64,000 nucleotides of DNA. It comes from Candidatus Dormiibacterota bacterium. GTDB taxonomy: Bacteria > Chloroflexota > Dormibacteria > Aeolococcales > Bog-877. The notes under the pieces are model-generated. The model was not told the DNA's origin. It ran no database searches and saw nothing but the letters and a program-made list of their open reading frames with translations. Below are positions 1 through 10,658 of the stretch, piece after piece. The translations under genes were made by a program, and so were the position numbers. Every line of letters begins with the position of its first letter. Within the stretch, counting starts at the first letter, position 1. The DNA lies in contig DAHWNZ010000008.1 in the NCBI GenBank assembly GCA_027339635.1, forward strand, positions 1,859 through 65,858, in the 5' to 3' direction.

Positions 1-132
1 TAGGCCGGCTCTTCACCGACGAGCCCGGGATGGGGCTCGGGCGGTCCCCACAACCCGGGCTCGCGGGAGCCGCTTCGGAGAGCTAGGCGCACGGCCATGC
101 CCCCCCGGGTCGGCAGGCCCACCGGCGTTGAT

Positions 133-1551
133 CTAGCGCCGGTCCAGCTCGAAGGCACTGTGGATGGCCCGCACGGCCTCCACCAGGTCGGTCTCAGCGA
201 CGGCCGCGGAGACGCTCAGTTCCGATGCCCCCTGGGAGATGGCCATGACGTTGATCCGTCGCTCGGCCAGGGCGGTGAAGAGTTTGGCCGCGATCCCGGG
301 CGTGCCCCGCATGGAGTCGCCAACCGTGACCACCACCCCCACCGGCTGGCTCATCTCTACCGACCCGAGCACGCCGGCATGAGCCTGCAACCGATCCAAC
401 TCCCTGGCGACTCGCTGCTCATGATCACCGGCGACCGCCAGGCAGATCACGTTGGCGGCCGACGACTGGGTGACCATCAGGGTCGGGACGTGGTGCCAAT
501 CCAGCGCCTCCAGGATGGGTATCGCAAGCTGAGAGAAGCCGACACCGTCGGCTCCACGGACGGTGAAGAGCCTGGCTCCGCCGGTGTGGGTGACAGCGCG
601 CACGCCCGGCCGCGATGCCACCTCGGGGCCAATCATGGTGCCCGTCCCATCGAGGCTGAAGCTGTTGCGGATGGCGACCCGCACCTGGTGGCGCCTCGGC
701 ATTTCAATGGAGTTGGCGTGCAGCACGCGCGCTCCGAAGAAGGCCAGCTCGGCAGCTTCGCTGTAGGACAGAGTTGTGATGACCCTCGCCTCAGGAACCA
801 GCCTCGGATCCGCCGTCATGACCCCGTCGACGTCCGTGTAGATGCGAACTTCGCGGGCCGGCAGCAGCGCCCCGATCACGGTGGCCGTGGTGTCCGAGCC
901 TCCCCGGCCCAGGGTCGTGCACCTGCCATCCTCGGTCGAACCCCGAAACCCGCTCACGACAGGGATGGTGCCCTCTTCGAGCAGAGGGGCTATCAGCGTC
1001 CCGATCCGCTGCCGGGTCCCGTCCTCAAGGGGGGTTGCTCCCCCGAACCTGGAGTCGGTCAGGATGACGTCCTTGCCATCCACTGCGACGGACGCCGCTC
1101 CCAGCGTCCGCAGTGTCGCAACCATCAGGGCAGCGCAGCACACCTCTCCCAGGCTGGAGACCGGATCCAGCTCGGGGCCGTCCATCCACCCCCTGGTGGA
1201 GGCTTGCTCCAGCCAGTCGCGTAGCCTGGAGAACTGGTCTCGGATCGTCTCCGCCACATTCTCTGGCCCCGGCGCCGAACCCAGCTCCCGGCAGGCCTTA
1301 AGGTGTTCCGCCTCAAGCCGCGAGACGGCACTGGACCATCTGGCTCGTTCGCCGCGTGCCGCCGCCCCCGCCGCCTCTAGAAGCGCATCTGTGGTCCGGC
1401 CCATGGCCGAGACCACCACCACGCGTGCGCACCTGGGGGGGTCGTCCAGGATGATCTGAGCCGCGCGCCTGATGAGGGAGGCCGACCCCATGGACGTGCC
1501 TCCGAACTTCAGCACGATCGGCCCGGCAACCGGGGTGGCGGGGTTCGTCAT
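133..1551 (-). CDS. ask: Aspartate kinase (monofunctional, C-terminal ACT-type regulatory region)
   Basis: N-terminus IVLKFGGTSMGSA is the aspartokinase kinase motif. The start was moved to the ATG at 1551 (MTNPATP...), which overlaps the thrB stop as ATGA. The upstream 65 codons of the track ORF are Arg/Pro/Gly-rich junk. Confidence 0.9.
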   Translation of the reverse strand: MTNPATPVAGPIVLKFGGTSMGSASLIRRAAQIILDDPPRCARVVVVSAMGRTTDALLEAAGAAARGERARWSSAVSRLEAEHLKACRELGSAPGPENVAETIRDQFSRLRDWLEQASTRGWMDGPELDPVSSLGEVCCAALMVATLRTLGAASVAVDGKDVILTDSRFGGATPLEDGTRQRIGTLIAPLLEEGTIPVVSGFRGSTEDGRCTTLGRGGSDTTATVIGALLPAREVRIYTDVDGVMTADPRLVPEARVITTLSYSEAAELAFFGARVLHANSIEMPRRHQVRVAIRNSFSLDGTGTMIGPEVASRPGVRAVTHTGGARLFTVRGADGVGFSQLAIPILEALDWHHVPTLMVTQSSAANVICLAVAGDHEQRVARELDRLQAHAGVLGSVEMSQPVGVVVTVGDSMRGTPGIAAKLFTALAERRINVMAISQGASELSVSAAVAETDLVEAVRAIHSAFELDRR

Positions 1552-2498
1552 TCCCCAGTCGGCCACACGGCGCCCGCGTTGTCCCCTCCCAAGGAGAGGG
1601 TGCTGGCCCGCACCCCGCGGCGGTCGAACGCCTCCCGCAGCAGCTGCGAGGCGATGTCTGGAGATCCTCTGGTAACGGCGAGGACCGCGGAGCCGCTCCC
1701 GCTCAGGCAGACCCCCAGCAGCTCCGGGTGGCGGATGCGCAGGCACTCGGCGACCCCGGGAATCTCTCGGGCCCGCTGCGGCTGATGGAGGCGGTCGTCG
1801 AAGAACTCCGGCTGAAATGAGAACTCGCCGGAGAAGGCGGAGGCTACCAGGAGAGCCACGCGCTGGAGGTTGTGCACGACATCCTCCCGCGGATAGGTGG
1901 CGGGGAGTGCCAGCCGGGACTTGGCGGTGGCCATACCCTGGCTCGGGATCGCGACCACAAATCTCAAATCGTCATCCAAGTGAGCTTTGGCGGTCCGCGG
2001 GCCCCCCGCCTCGCCAGCTCCGGAGACCACCACGAATCCACCCAGGGTGGCCGCCGCGACATTGTCCGGATGCCCGTCGAGTTCAGCTGCCAGGTTGAGC
2101 TTGTCGGCGAGCAGGGGCGTCTCCGGTGCCAACCGGGCCCCGAGCTCAACCCCGGCCACTATCGCCGCTGCGCTGGAGCCGAGGCCGACCCCGATGGGGA
2201 TGTCGCTTCGGACCTCGAGGGCCATAGCCGGCGGGTCGGCACCGAAGCGGTCGGCGGCGGCGAAGAGCGCCCGCAGCAGAAGGTTCTCGGCTCCCACCTT
2301 GACCCGCTCCTGCTGCGGACCGATGTATTTCAATTCCAGCCCCGGCCTGCTCCGCCGGGTCGCCGTGAGCTCGAGGTGCAGGCGAAGCGCGATGGCCGCG
2401 GTGTCGAAGGCGCAGCCCAGGTTGGCCGAGGTCGCCGGAACGCGAAGGCGCAGGGGCCTGCCGTCATCCCCCGTGCTGCCGGCACCCTGCCGGGTCAC
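1548..2498 (-). CDS. thrB: Homoserine kinase
   Basis: PATSANLGCAFD and GLGSSAA (GHMP kinase motif) are present. The GTG start at 2498 overlaps the thrC stop (GTGA). The rest of the 457-aa track ORF overlaps thrC out of frame. Confidence 0.88.
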   Translation of the reverse strand: MTRQGAGSTGDDGRPLRLRVPATSANLGCAFDTAAIALRLHLELTATRRSRPGLELKYIGPQQERVKVGAENLLLRALFAAADRFGADPPAMALEVRSDIPIGVGLGSSAAAIVAGVELGARLAPETPLLADKLNLAAELDGHPDNVAAATLGGFVVVSGAGEAGGPRTAKAHLDDDLRFVVAIPSQGMATAKSRLALPATYPREDVVHNLQRVALLVASAFSGEFSFQPEFFDDRLHQPQRAREIPGVAECLRIRHPELLGVCLSGSGSAVLAVTRGSPDIASQLLREAFDRRGVRASTLSLGGDNAGAVWPTGE

Positions 2499-3736
2499 GC
2501 GGCCGCCACCCTGCCTTCCAGGAGACGCTCGGCGGCTTCCAGACGGGCCGGGATCACAGGACCGAGCGGAAGTGACTCTGACAGCGCGTCGGTGGTCTTG
2601 AGGCCGTTGCCGGTGATGCAGGCGACCGTCGTCTGGTGCGCACCTATGCGACCTTGCCGCACCAGCTTGGCCAAGCTGGCGATCGTCACCCCCGCCGCTG
2701 TCTCTCCGAAGATCCCCTCGGTTTCGGCCAGAAGCCGCATGCCGGCGATGATCTCCGGGTCGGAGGCGCTTTCGGCTGCTCCCCCACTCTGGCGGATCTC
2801 CGTCGTGGCCCGGTACCCATCTGCGGGGTCGCCGATCGCCAGCGAGCGGCATATGGTGTCCGGTTTCTGGGGCATGATCTGGCGCGCCCCGGTGCGCACG
2901 GCGGTGGCGATGGGCGAGCAACCCTCGGCCTGGGCCCCGAACAGGCGCACCGGCCGTTCCGCCACTAGGCCCAGCTCCACCAGTTCCCTGAATCCCTTGG
3001 CGATCCTGCTGATTTGGGCCCCGCCGGCCATCGGCACCACCACGTTGTCGGGGAGCCGCCAGCCCAGCTGCTCGGCGATTTCAAAGGCCACCGTCTTGGA
3101 GCCCTCCGCATAGTAGGCGCGCAGGTTTACGTTGACGAATCCAATGCTCCGGGTCTCGGCGATCTCGGCGCAGAGCCGGTTCACCTGATCATAGTTTCCG
3201 TCCACCCTCACCAGATGAGCACCGTAGACGGCCGTCGCCAGCAGTTTGGCCGGCTCCAGGGAGGCCGGCACCAGAATCCAGGCCTCCAGGCCGAGCCGGG
3301 CCGCCTGGGCTGCGACCGAATTTGCGAGATTGCCGGTGGAGGCACAGCCGACCACCGTCAGGCCAAAGTGCTTCGCCTGGGCCAGGGCTACCGCCACCAC
3401 CCGGCCCTTGAAGGAGAGCGTGGGAAGGCAGACCGAGTCGTTCTTCAGGTGCAGATCTGAAAGCCCCAACCGGCGGCCGAGCCCCCTGCTCTCGAGCAGG
3501 GGGGTGAAACCGACCGGGAGGTCATGACCGGTCGCGTCAGCGACCGGCAGGAGTTCCCGATACCTCCACATGTCAGAGCGCCTCGCCTCGATGACCCGTC
3601 GCGTCAGCCGGTGACGGATCTGCTCCAGGTCGTAGGTGATCTCCAAGGGGGTGAAGCATTCCTCACAGAAGATGAGCGGGCCGTGAGCGTATGGTCGCCC
3701 GCAGACTGGACAGCTCAGCTGAAAAAGATCCGCCAT
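2495..3736 (-). CDS. thrC: Threonine synthase (PLP-dependent, with N-terminal Cys-rich zinc-ribbon-like segment)
   Basis: CPVCG...FCEEC at the N-terminus, an SFKGR lysine motif typical of the PLP fold-type II Thr synthase, and operon context with thrB and ask. Confidence 0.88.
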   Translation of the reverse strand: MADLFQLSCPVCGRPYAHGPLIFCEECFTPLEITYDLEQIRHRLTRRVIEARRSDMWRYRELLPVADATGHDLPVGFTPLLESRGLGRRLGLSDLHLKNDSVCLPTLSFKGRVVAVALAQAKHFGLTVVGCASTGNLANSVAAQAARLGLEAWILVPASLEPAKLLATAVYGAHLVRVDGNYDQVNRLCAEIAETRSIGFVNVNLRAYYAEGSKTVAFEIAEQLGWRLPDNVVVPMAGGAQISRIAKGFRELVELGLVAERPVRLFGAQAEGCSPIATAVRTGARQIMPQKPDTICRSLAIGDPADGYRATTEIRQSGGAAESASDPEIIAGMRLLAETEGIFGETAAGVTIASLAKLVRQGRIGAHQTTVACITGNGLKTTDALSESLPLGPVIPARLEAAERLLEGRVAAA

Positions 3737-4054
3737 GGGTGTTGCTCCTCAGAACAGACGGTTGGCTCAGTAAAACGCGGCGTCCAGGCGCGCGACCACG
3801 CGGCCTGGTCCTGATCCGGGGGAGCTCAGCGGTCGTGCGCTAGAGCTTGGTTCGCGCGTCCCCCGCGCCACGCCGGAGCATTCGCCCGACGGTCTGCATG
3901 CCAGCCGCGTCCGCTCCAACAGGGTTGGGGCAGTGGACCGCGGCCGGTCCGAGCAAGGTCATGGCAGTCTCTTCGCTCGGCACCGGCTAACTGTAGCGTT
4001 GGTGACCGCTCTCTCGCCACTCGGGCTCACCGTCGCATCTGCGAGACTCGTCCC

Positions 4055-5107
4055 GTGGCAAGGCACAGCTATCGAGTGGGCATTCTAGGGGCCACCGGCG
4101 CCGTGGGGCAGTACCTGGTGGCTCGCCTGGCCGGCCACCCCTGGTTTTCTGTCACCGAGGTCGTGGCCTCGGATCGTTCGGCGGGAAAGTCCTACGCCGA
4201 GGCGGCGCGCTGGATGATGCCGTCCGCAATACCGGAGTCGGTCGGGCACCTGCGGGTCAAGGACCTGCAATCCGAGTTGCACTGTGACCTCCTGCTGTCG
4301 GCTCTGGACTCCCGCACCGCCGGGGCGGAGGTGGACTACGCACGACACGGATTCGCGGTGGTCAGCAACAGCAGCCTGAACCGCCTCGCCGAGGATGTGC
4401 CCCTGGTCATTCCCGAGATCAACCGGACCCACCTCCAGGTGATTCCCAGGCAGCGCGCGGCGCGGGGCTTCACGAGCGGAGTCATGGTCACCAATCCCAA
4501 CTGTTCCACCATCGGGCTGGCGCTGGCGCTGAAGCCGCTCCAGGACGCCTTCGGGCTGGAGGCGGTGAGGGTTGTGACCATGCAGGCAATCACCGGAGCC
4601 GGTCTGGACGGGATCCCAGCTACCGCGATCCAGGACAACGTGATCCCGCACATAGAGGGGGAGGAGGAGAAGCTGGAGGTGGAGACCAAGAAGATCCTGG
4701 GCTCGGTCTCGTCCAGCCACTTCCTCCCGGCTCCGATTGAGATCAGCGCGCAGTGCAACCGCGTGCCTGTCCTGGTGGGCCATCTCGAGTCTGTTTTCCT
4801 GCGTCTGGCCAGCCCTGCCTCCCTGCTCCAGGTGGAGGAGGTTCTCGCCGGCTTCACCGGTGAGGTGGCAACCCTGGAACTGCCGTCGGCCCCCCTCCAC
4901 GCGGTGCACCTGACGCCGTCCGCCGGCCGACCCCAACCACGGCTGGACTCCGGCGCGGACGGTGGCATGGCCGTGGTGGTCGGCAGCCTGCGTCTCTCCC
5001 CTGATGGGGATTGGAAGTTGTCCGTGCTGGTGAACAACATGGTGCGGGGAGCGGCCGGCGCCGCGATCCTGAATGCGGAGCTCCTGGCGGCCGACTCCTG
5101 GATCTAG
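4055..5107 (+). CDS. asd: Aspartate-semialdehyde dehydrogenase
   Basis: VGILGATGAVGQ Rossmann motif, an NPNCSTI active-site Cys motif, and a length of 350 aa. GTG start. Divergent from the thr operon. Confidence 0.9.
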   Translation: MARHSYRVGILGATGAVGQYLVARLAGHPWFSVTEVVASDRSAGKSYAEAARWMMPSAIPESVGHLRVKDLQSELHCDLLLSALDSRTAGAEVDYARHGFAVVSNSSLNRLAEDVPLVIPEINRTHLQVIPRQRAARGFTSGVMVTNPNCSTIGLALALKPLQDAFGLEAVRVVTMQAITGAGLDGIPATAIQDNVIPHIEGEEEKLEVETKKILGSVSSSHFLPAPIEISAQCNRVPVLVGHLESVFLRLASPASLLQVEEVLAGFTGEVATLELPSAPLHAVHLTPSAGRPQPRLDSGADGGMAVVVGSLRLSPDGDWKLSVLVNNMVRGAAGAAILNAELLAADSWI

Positions 5108-5128
5108 GGCTATGCGGGGCACCACACC

Positions 5129-5896
5129 TCAGCCGATTTCAGCCACCAGGGGGGCATGGTCACTGGGTCTGGCGCCGGCTCGCTCCTCGCGGTCCACAAA
5201 AACCCTCCTGAGCCGGGAGAGGACGTCGCCGCTGCCCAGCAGAAGGTCGATGCGCATTCCCAGCCCGCGGCGAAAGAAGCCCTGACGGTAGTCCCAGTAG
5301 GTGAAGCCGGGAGGCTCCTCGCAATTGGCGGCGAGGTCGAACAGGCCCTCGGAAAGTACCAACTGCAGGGCGTCGCGCTCGTCCTTGGACACGTGGGTCG
5401 CGCCCACGAAGGCCTGCGGGTCGAAGACGTCGGCATCGGTCGGTGCCACGTTGAAGTCCCCGCCGACCAAGAGGTCCCCCGTGGCGATGTCGGCCCGCAC
5501 CAGGGCTGCCAGATCGGCAAGCCAGGCGAGCTTGTACGTGAAGAACGGGTGCCCGATCTCCCTTCCATTGGGAACGTAGACGCTGGCCACCCGCAGGCCA
5601 CCGCAGTCGGCGGCCACGTATCTCGGCTCGACCTGGCCGGTCGGGGCCGCCGTGAAGGTGCCATCCGGCAGCGGGCTCAGGCCGACCCTGGAGGCGATTG
5701 CCACACCGTTCCAGCGGCCGTCCCCCCGGTGTGCCACGAGGTAGCCGAGAGCGTTGAATGCGGCCTCCGGAAACGCCGGGTCGGCCAACTTGGTCTCCTG
5801 CAGGAGGAGGATGTCCGGCTCCTTCCTCGTGACCCAGTCCAGCACTCGGGGGAGGCGCGCGGTCAGGGAGTTGACGTTCCAGGTGGCGATCAGCAT
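5129..5896 (-). CDS. xthA: Exodeoxyribonuclease III (AP endonuclease, EEP fold)
   Basis: MLIATWNVNSL...ILLLQETK and a C-terminal SDHAPL motif. The ATG at 5896 is preferred over the GTG at 5905. Confidence 0.88.
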   Translation of the reverse strand: MLIATWNVNSLTARLPRVLDWVTRKEPDILLLQETKLADPAFPEAAFNALGYLVAHRGDGRWNGVAIASRVGLSPLPDGTFTAAPTGQVEPRYVAADCGGLRVASVYVPNGREIGHPFFTYKLAWLADLAALVRADIATGDLLVGGDFNVAPTDADVFDPQAFVGATHVSKDERDALQLVLSEGLFDLAANCEEPPGFTYWDYRQGFFRRGLGMRIDLLLGSGDVLSRLRRVFVDREERAGARPSDHAPLVAEIG

Positions 5897-5935
5897 GACC
5901 GCCACACTGCCGGGCCAACGGCTCGCCCTCTCACC

Positions 5936-7786
5936 TCAGCCCGCGGCGGCCAGGCGCTCGCTGGCGAACTGCTCGAAGTAGAGCCTTGCGTAGGCTCCAT
6001 CCTGCGCCAGCAGCTCAGCGTGGGTGCCGCGCTCAATGATCTGACCGTGGTCCATCATCAGGATCTGATCGGCCGCCAGGATAGTGGACAGGCGGTGGGC
6101 GATGGCGATCGTGGTGCGCCCGCGCATCAGCTTCTCCAGGGCGGCCTGCACCTCTCGCTCACTGTGAGTGTCGAGGGCACTGGTGGCCTCGTCGAGGATG
6201 AGGACCTTGGGGTCCTTGAGGATCGCCCGGGCGAGAGCCACCCGCTGCTTCTCGCCGCCGCTCAGGCGGTAGCCGCGCTCACCACTCAGGGTGTCGTAGC
6301 CGTCTGGGAGTTCCATGATCCGGTCGTGGATCGAAGCCGCTCTGGCGGCGGCCTCCAGTTCCTGGTCGGTGGCGTCGTGCTTGCCGACCAACAGGTTCTC
6401 CCGGATCGTCCCGTGGAACAGGAATGTCTCCTGCGTGACCACGGCCACCGACTCCCGGATGGTCTCCTGGGTCAGGTCGCGCAGATCGTGGCCGTCGAGC
6501 AGGACGCGCCCCTGGTCGACGTCGTACAGGCGGGCGGCCAGGTATGTCAGGGTGCTCTTGCCGGCTCCGCTGTGTCCGACCAGAGCCACCAGCTGGCCGG
6601 GAGCGGCGCTGAAGCTGACCGAGTCCACCGCGGGTTGGGTCGTGTCCGGCTCATAGCGAAAGGTCACATTCTGAAATTCGATCTCACCGCGGATCTGTGA
6701 GCCCGGGATGCTGATAGCGCCGGGGCGGTCCTCGATCTCCAGCTTCTCGTCGAGGTACTGAAAGATTCGATCGAAGAGGGCCAGGGCTCCCTGGAGCTCG
6801 ACCTGGATGTTGAGCAGTTGTCCGATGGGGAAGAAGAGTTGGGACTGGAAGGTGGTGAATGCCACCAGGGTGCCGACCGACACCCCGCCACTTCGTCCCG
6901 CGTGGAGCAAGAGGCCGGCGATGAGGTAGACGAGGGCGGGCAGAATGGAGAAGAAGGTGGAGATGAAGCCGAAGAACCAGCGCCCCACCATCTGCTGGCG
7001 GATCATCAGGTTGGTGAGGCGCCCGGTCTCGTCGACGTAGCGCTTGTGGGTCACCTTCTCGCGGCCGTAGACCTTGCTCAGCAGGATCCCGCTGACCGAC
7101 AGGGTCTCCTCGGCTATGGCCGAGAGGTCGGCCAGCGTCGCCTGGGTATCGGAGCTGACCTTGCGCCGGACCTCTCCGACCCTGATCGTCACCAGCAGGA
7201 AAACTGGCATCATCACCACCGATATCAGGGTCAGCTGCCAGCTGAGAACCGCCATGCCGGTGAGGGTCGCCGCGGTCCTGGTCAGGTTGGAAACGATGCT
7301 GGTGGCGGTGTTGGTGATGACCGAGTCGACGCCCCCGACGTCGTTGGTCAGGCGGGACTGTATCTCCCCTGTCCTGGTGCCGGTGAAGAAGCGCAGAGGC
7401 AGGCTCTGGAGGTGCGAGTACAGGGCCACCCTCAGGTCCTGCATCATGCGCTGGCCGACGACGGCGTTGAGGTAGGTCTGCCAGACCCCGAGGCCGGTGC
7501 TGATCACCGGCGTGATGACCATGATGCCGACGAAGATGAGCAGCAGCCTTGTCTTGTGCTGCAGGATGCCCTGGTCGATGATGAGCTTCAGCATCACCGG
7601 GTTGACGATCCCGAGGCCGGCGACAACGACCAGGATCAGCAGGACCCCGGCCACCTTCCAGCGGTAGGGGGAGAAGAGCTTGAGGACCCTTACCAGGGTG
7701 CTGCGGCTGATCGGAGGCAGCGGTTCCTGGGGCCTCCCGGGTCGCTGAAGTCGCCCGGCCCCGTGGCCGGCCATGTGCATGCCCAT
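5936..7786 (-). CDS. ABC exporter, fused permease/ATPase half-transporter (MsbA/MDR type)
   Basis: Six-TM N-terminal half followed by GHSGAGKST (Walker A), LSGGEKQR (signature) and LILDEATSALD (Walker B). Confidence 0.9.
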   Translation of the reverse strand: MGMHMAGHGAGRLQRPGRPQEPLPPISRSTLVRVLKLFSPYRWKVAGVLLILVVVAGLGIVNPVMLKLIIDQGILQHKTRLLLIFVGIMVITPVISTGLGVWQTYLNAVVGQRMMQDLRVALYSHLQSLPLRFFTGTRTGEIQSRLTNDVGGVDSVITNTATSIVSNLTRTAATLTGMAVLSWQLTLISVVMMPVFLLVTIRVGEVRRKVSSDTQATLADLSAIAEETLSVSGILLSKVYGREKVTHKRYVDETGRLTNLMIRQQMVGRWFFGFISTFFSILPALVYLIAGLLLHAGRSGGVSVGTLVAFTTFQSQLFFPIGQLLNIQVELQGALALFDRIFQYLDEKLEIEDRPGAISIPGSQIRGEIEFQNVTFRYEPDTTQPAVDSVSFSAAPGQLVALVGHSGAGKSTLTYLAARLYDVDQGRVLLDGHDLRDLTQETIRESVAVVTQETFLFHGTIRENLLVGKHDATDQELEAAARAASIHDRIMELPDGYDTLSGERGYRLSGGEKQRVALARAILKDPKVLILDEATSALDTHSEREVQAALEKLMRGRTTIAIAHRLSTILAADQILMMDHGQIIERGTHAELLAQDGAYARLYFEQFASERLAAAG

Positions 7787-7949
7787 TCGTGCAATGGTTC
7801 CCCAAGTTCGGAGGCTCCAATCCAGCTCGCTCGCTTCCCCGCGACCGTCGCCGGCGCTCTCTCCGCCCCGATCTTAAATGAAGTTCACTGGACCTTGGGG
7901 GTGAATCGTAAACTCAAGGCTGCAGATCCAGGGAAGGAGGTATCCGCCG

Positions 7950-10652
7950 ATGGCAAAGACCGCGGTAAAGGCCCGTCCCAGCGCCCGCGCCAGGCAGCAG
8001 ACCAAGTTTGTCTACGACTTCCAGGAAGGCAACGCAGAGATGCGCGACCTTCTGGGTGGGAAGGGGGCCGGAGTGGCCGAGATGACCAGAGCCGGGTTGC
8101 CCGTGCCCCCCGGCTTCACCATCACCACGAAGGCCTGCCTGGCCTATCTGGGGGCCAAGGGCAGCTTCCCAAATGGACTGCTGGATGAGGTGCGCACCCA
8201 CCTCCGGACGCTCGAGGAGCGCAGCGGCAAGAAGCTCGGTGACCAGGAGAATCCTCTGCTCGTGTCCGTCCGGTCCGGGGCGGCGTTCTCGATGCCGGGA
8301 ATGATGGACACCGTCTTGAACCTGGGGCTAAACCAAGAGACCGTCGAGGGTTTGGCCAAGCGTACCGGTGATCGCCGCTTCGCCCTGGACGCCTATCGCC
8401 GCTTCATTCAGATGTACGGACGGATCGTGCTCGGCCTGGACGCGGAGCTGTTCGACTCCGAGTTGGAGGCGGCCAAGAAGACCGCTCGCGTTGGCAGCGA
8501 CTCGGAGCTGACGGCGGCGGCGCTGGAGAAATTGGCGGACACCTTTGCCCGGATCGTGGAGAAGAAGACCGGGCACGGGTTCCCGGAGGACCCCTGGGAG
8601 CAGTTGACCGGGGCGATTGCGGCGGTCTTCGACTCTTGGAACGGGCGCCGGGCCGTCGCCTACCGGGAGTTCAACCACATCCCGCACACGCTGGGCACCG
8701 CGGTGAACGTCCAGGCCATGGTCTTCGGCAACATGGGTGATGACTCGGGGACCGGGGTCGCCTTCACGAGGGACCCCGCCACCGGTGAGCGCCGCATCTT
8801 TGGGGAGTATCTGCTCAACGCCCAGGGCGAGGACGTGGTCGCGGGGATCCGCACCCCCCAACCGATCGCGACTCTGGAGAAGGCGCTCCCCCAGGTGTAT
8901 GGCGAGTTCGCCCAGATCGCGGAGCGCTTGGAGCAGCACTACCGCGACGTGCAGGACATGGAGTTCACGATCGAGAAGGGGCGGCTGTACATGCTCCAAA
9001 CCAGGACCGCCAAACGGACCGCCGCGGCCGCCGTGAAGATCGCTGTGGACATGCTGGCGGAGGGCCTGATCTCCTCCGAGGACGCTCTGGGCAGAGTGGA
9101 GCCGGATCAGGTGGACCACCTCCTGCATCGAGCCATCGACCCGAATGCGAAGGTGCGGGTCCTGGCGACGGGGCTAGCCGCCTCTCCAGGGGCCGCCACG
9201 GGGGAGGCGGTCTTCGACGCGGATAGGGCCGAGGAGATGGCCAAGCAGGGCAAGAAGGTGATCCTGGTGCGGATTGAGACCAATCCCGATGACGTCCACG
9301 GCATGATCGCGGCGGAGGGAGTGCTCACATCGCGCGGAGGCCGCACCTCGCACGCGGCCGTGGTGGCCAGAGGCATGGGCAAGCCCTGCGTGGCCGGGAC
9401 AGAGGACCTCAAGGTCGACCTGGTCAAGAGGCGCTTCGAGGCCGGGGGGCAGGTGGTAAAGGAAGGGGAGATCTTCACGATTGACGGCACCACCGGCCGC
9501 GTGATCGCCGGTGCCGTTGCCACCGTCGAGGCCGGGGTCTCCGGCGACCTGGAGCGCCTCCTGCAGACAGCGGACAGCGTGAGGCGCCTCAAGGTGTACG
9601 CGAACGCCGACACCCCCGAGGATGCTCGCCGCGCGCGCCAGTTCGGCGCGCAGGGCATCGGCCTATGTCGCACCGAGCACATGTTCATGCAGCAGGATCG
9701 CCTGCCCCATGTGCAGCGGATGATCCTGGCCCAGGAGAAGGAGGAGAGGGAAGCCGCTCTGGCCGAGCTTCTTCCCTTCCAGCGCTCCGACTTCCTCGGG
9801 ATCCTGGAGGCGATGAGCGGCCTGCCCGTGATCATCCGGCTCATCGACCCCCCGCTGCACGAGTTCCTGCCCAGCCACGACCAGCTTTTGGTGGAGGTCA
9901 CCCAGCTGCGGGATGCCAAGAAGCAGGGCAAGAAGTTGGAGCGAGCCGAGCGGATGCTCGCCGCGGTGGAGGAGCTGCGCGAACAAAACCCGATGCTGGG
10001 CCTGCGGGGGTGCCGTCTGGGCCTGCTGTTCCCGGAGATAGTGGAGATGCAGGTGAGGGCGATAGCGGAGGCCGCTTCCGAGCTCCGCAAGCGCCGTGTC
10101 AAGGCGATCCCCGAGATCATGGTTCCGCTCGTGGGTCACGCGGAGGAGCTCAGGAGATCGCGGGAGATCATCGAAGGCACTCTGAAGGCGGTCGCCAGAG
10201 AGCAGGGGATCCGCTTCGATGTCAAGGTTGGCACCATGATCGAGGTCCCCCGGGCCGCCCTGACCGCCGGTCAGGTGGCGGAGCACGCCCAGTTCTTCTC
10301 CTTTGGGACCAACGATCTGACCCAGATGACGTATGGGGTGTCACGCGACGACGCGGAGGGGAAGTTCCTGCGCTGGTACGTGAGCGAGGGGGTGCTCCCG
10401 GCCAACCCATTTGAGCATCTCGACCCCGATGGGGTTGGCAGGCTGATGGGATACGCGATCTCGGAGGGGCGCCAGACGAGGGCCGATTTGGAGATCGGGA
10501 TCTGCGGCGAGCACGGAGGGGACGCCCAGTCGATCGTCCTCTGCGACCGCCTTGGCCTGGATTACGTTTCCTGTTCCCCGTTCAGGGTTCCAGGGGCGCG
10601 TCTGGCGGCGGCTCAGGCGAGGATTCAGGCGCTGAATACTAGGGACGCCTGA
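7950..10652 (+). CDS. ppdK: Pyruvate, phosphate dikinase
   Basis: 900 aa, with an N-terminal LLGGKGAGVAEM ATP-grasp motif and a GGRTSHAAVVARGMGKPCV phosphohistidine motif. A strong RBS (GGAAGGAGG) lies upstream of the ATG at 7950. Confidence 0.95.
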   Translation: MAKTAVKARPSARARQQTKFVYDFQEGNAEMRDLLGGKGAGVAEMTRAGLPVPPGFTITTKACLAYLGAKGSFPNGLLDEVRTHLRTLEERSGKKLGDQENPLLVSVRSGAAFSMPGMMDTVLNLGLNQETVEGLAKRTGDRRFALDAYRRFIQMYGRIVLGLDAELFDSELEAAKKTARVGSDSELTAAALEKLADTFARIVEKKTGHGFPEDPWEQLTGAIAAVFDSWNGRRAVAYREFNHIPHTLGTAVNVQAMVFGNMGDDSGTGVAFTRDPATGERRIFGEYLLNAQGEDVVAGIRTPQPIATLEKALPQVYGEFAQIAERLEQHYRDVQDMEFTIEKGRLYMLQTRTAKRTAAAAVKIAVDMLAEGLISSEDALGRVEPDQVDHLLHRAIDPNAKVRVLATGLAASPGAATGEAVFDADRAEEMAKQGKKVILVRIETNPDDVHGMIAAEGVLTSRGGRTSHAAVVARGMGKPCVAGTEDLKVDLVKRRFEAGGQVVKEGEIFTIDGTTGRVIAGAVATVEAGVSGDLERLLQTADSVRRLKVYANADTPEDARRARQFGAQGIGLCRTEHMFMQQDRLPHVQRMILAQEKEEREAALAELLPFQRSDFLGILEAMSGLPVIIRLIDPPLHEFLPSHDQLLVEVTQLRDAKKQGKKLERAERMLAAVEELREQNPMLGLRGCRLGLLFPEIVEMQVRAIAEAASELRKRRVKAIPEIMVPLVGHAEELRRSREIIEGTLKAVAREQGIRFDVKVGTMIEVPRAALTAGQVAEHAQFFSFGTNDLTQMTYGVSRDDAEGKFLRWYVSEGVLPANPFEHLDPDGVGRLMGYAISEGRQTRADLEIGICGEHGGDAQSIVLCDRLGLDYVSCSPFRVPGARLAAAQARIQALNTRDA

Positions 10653-10658
10653 TTCGCC

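Noticed and set aside
3737-4054. Possible SAM/lysine/T-box type leader between thrC and asd
   Set aside because: I compared both strands by eye with remembered SAM-I/SAM-IV and lysine riboswitch cores and found no convincing match. It needs a covariance-model scan before any call.
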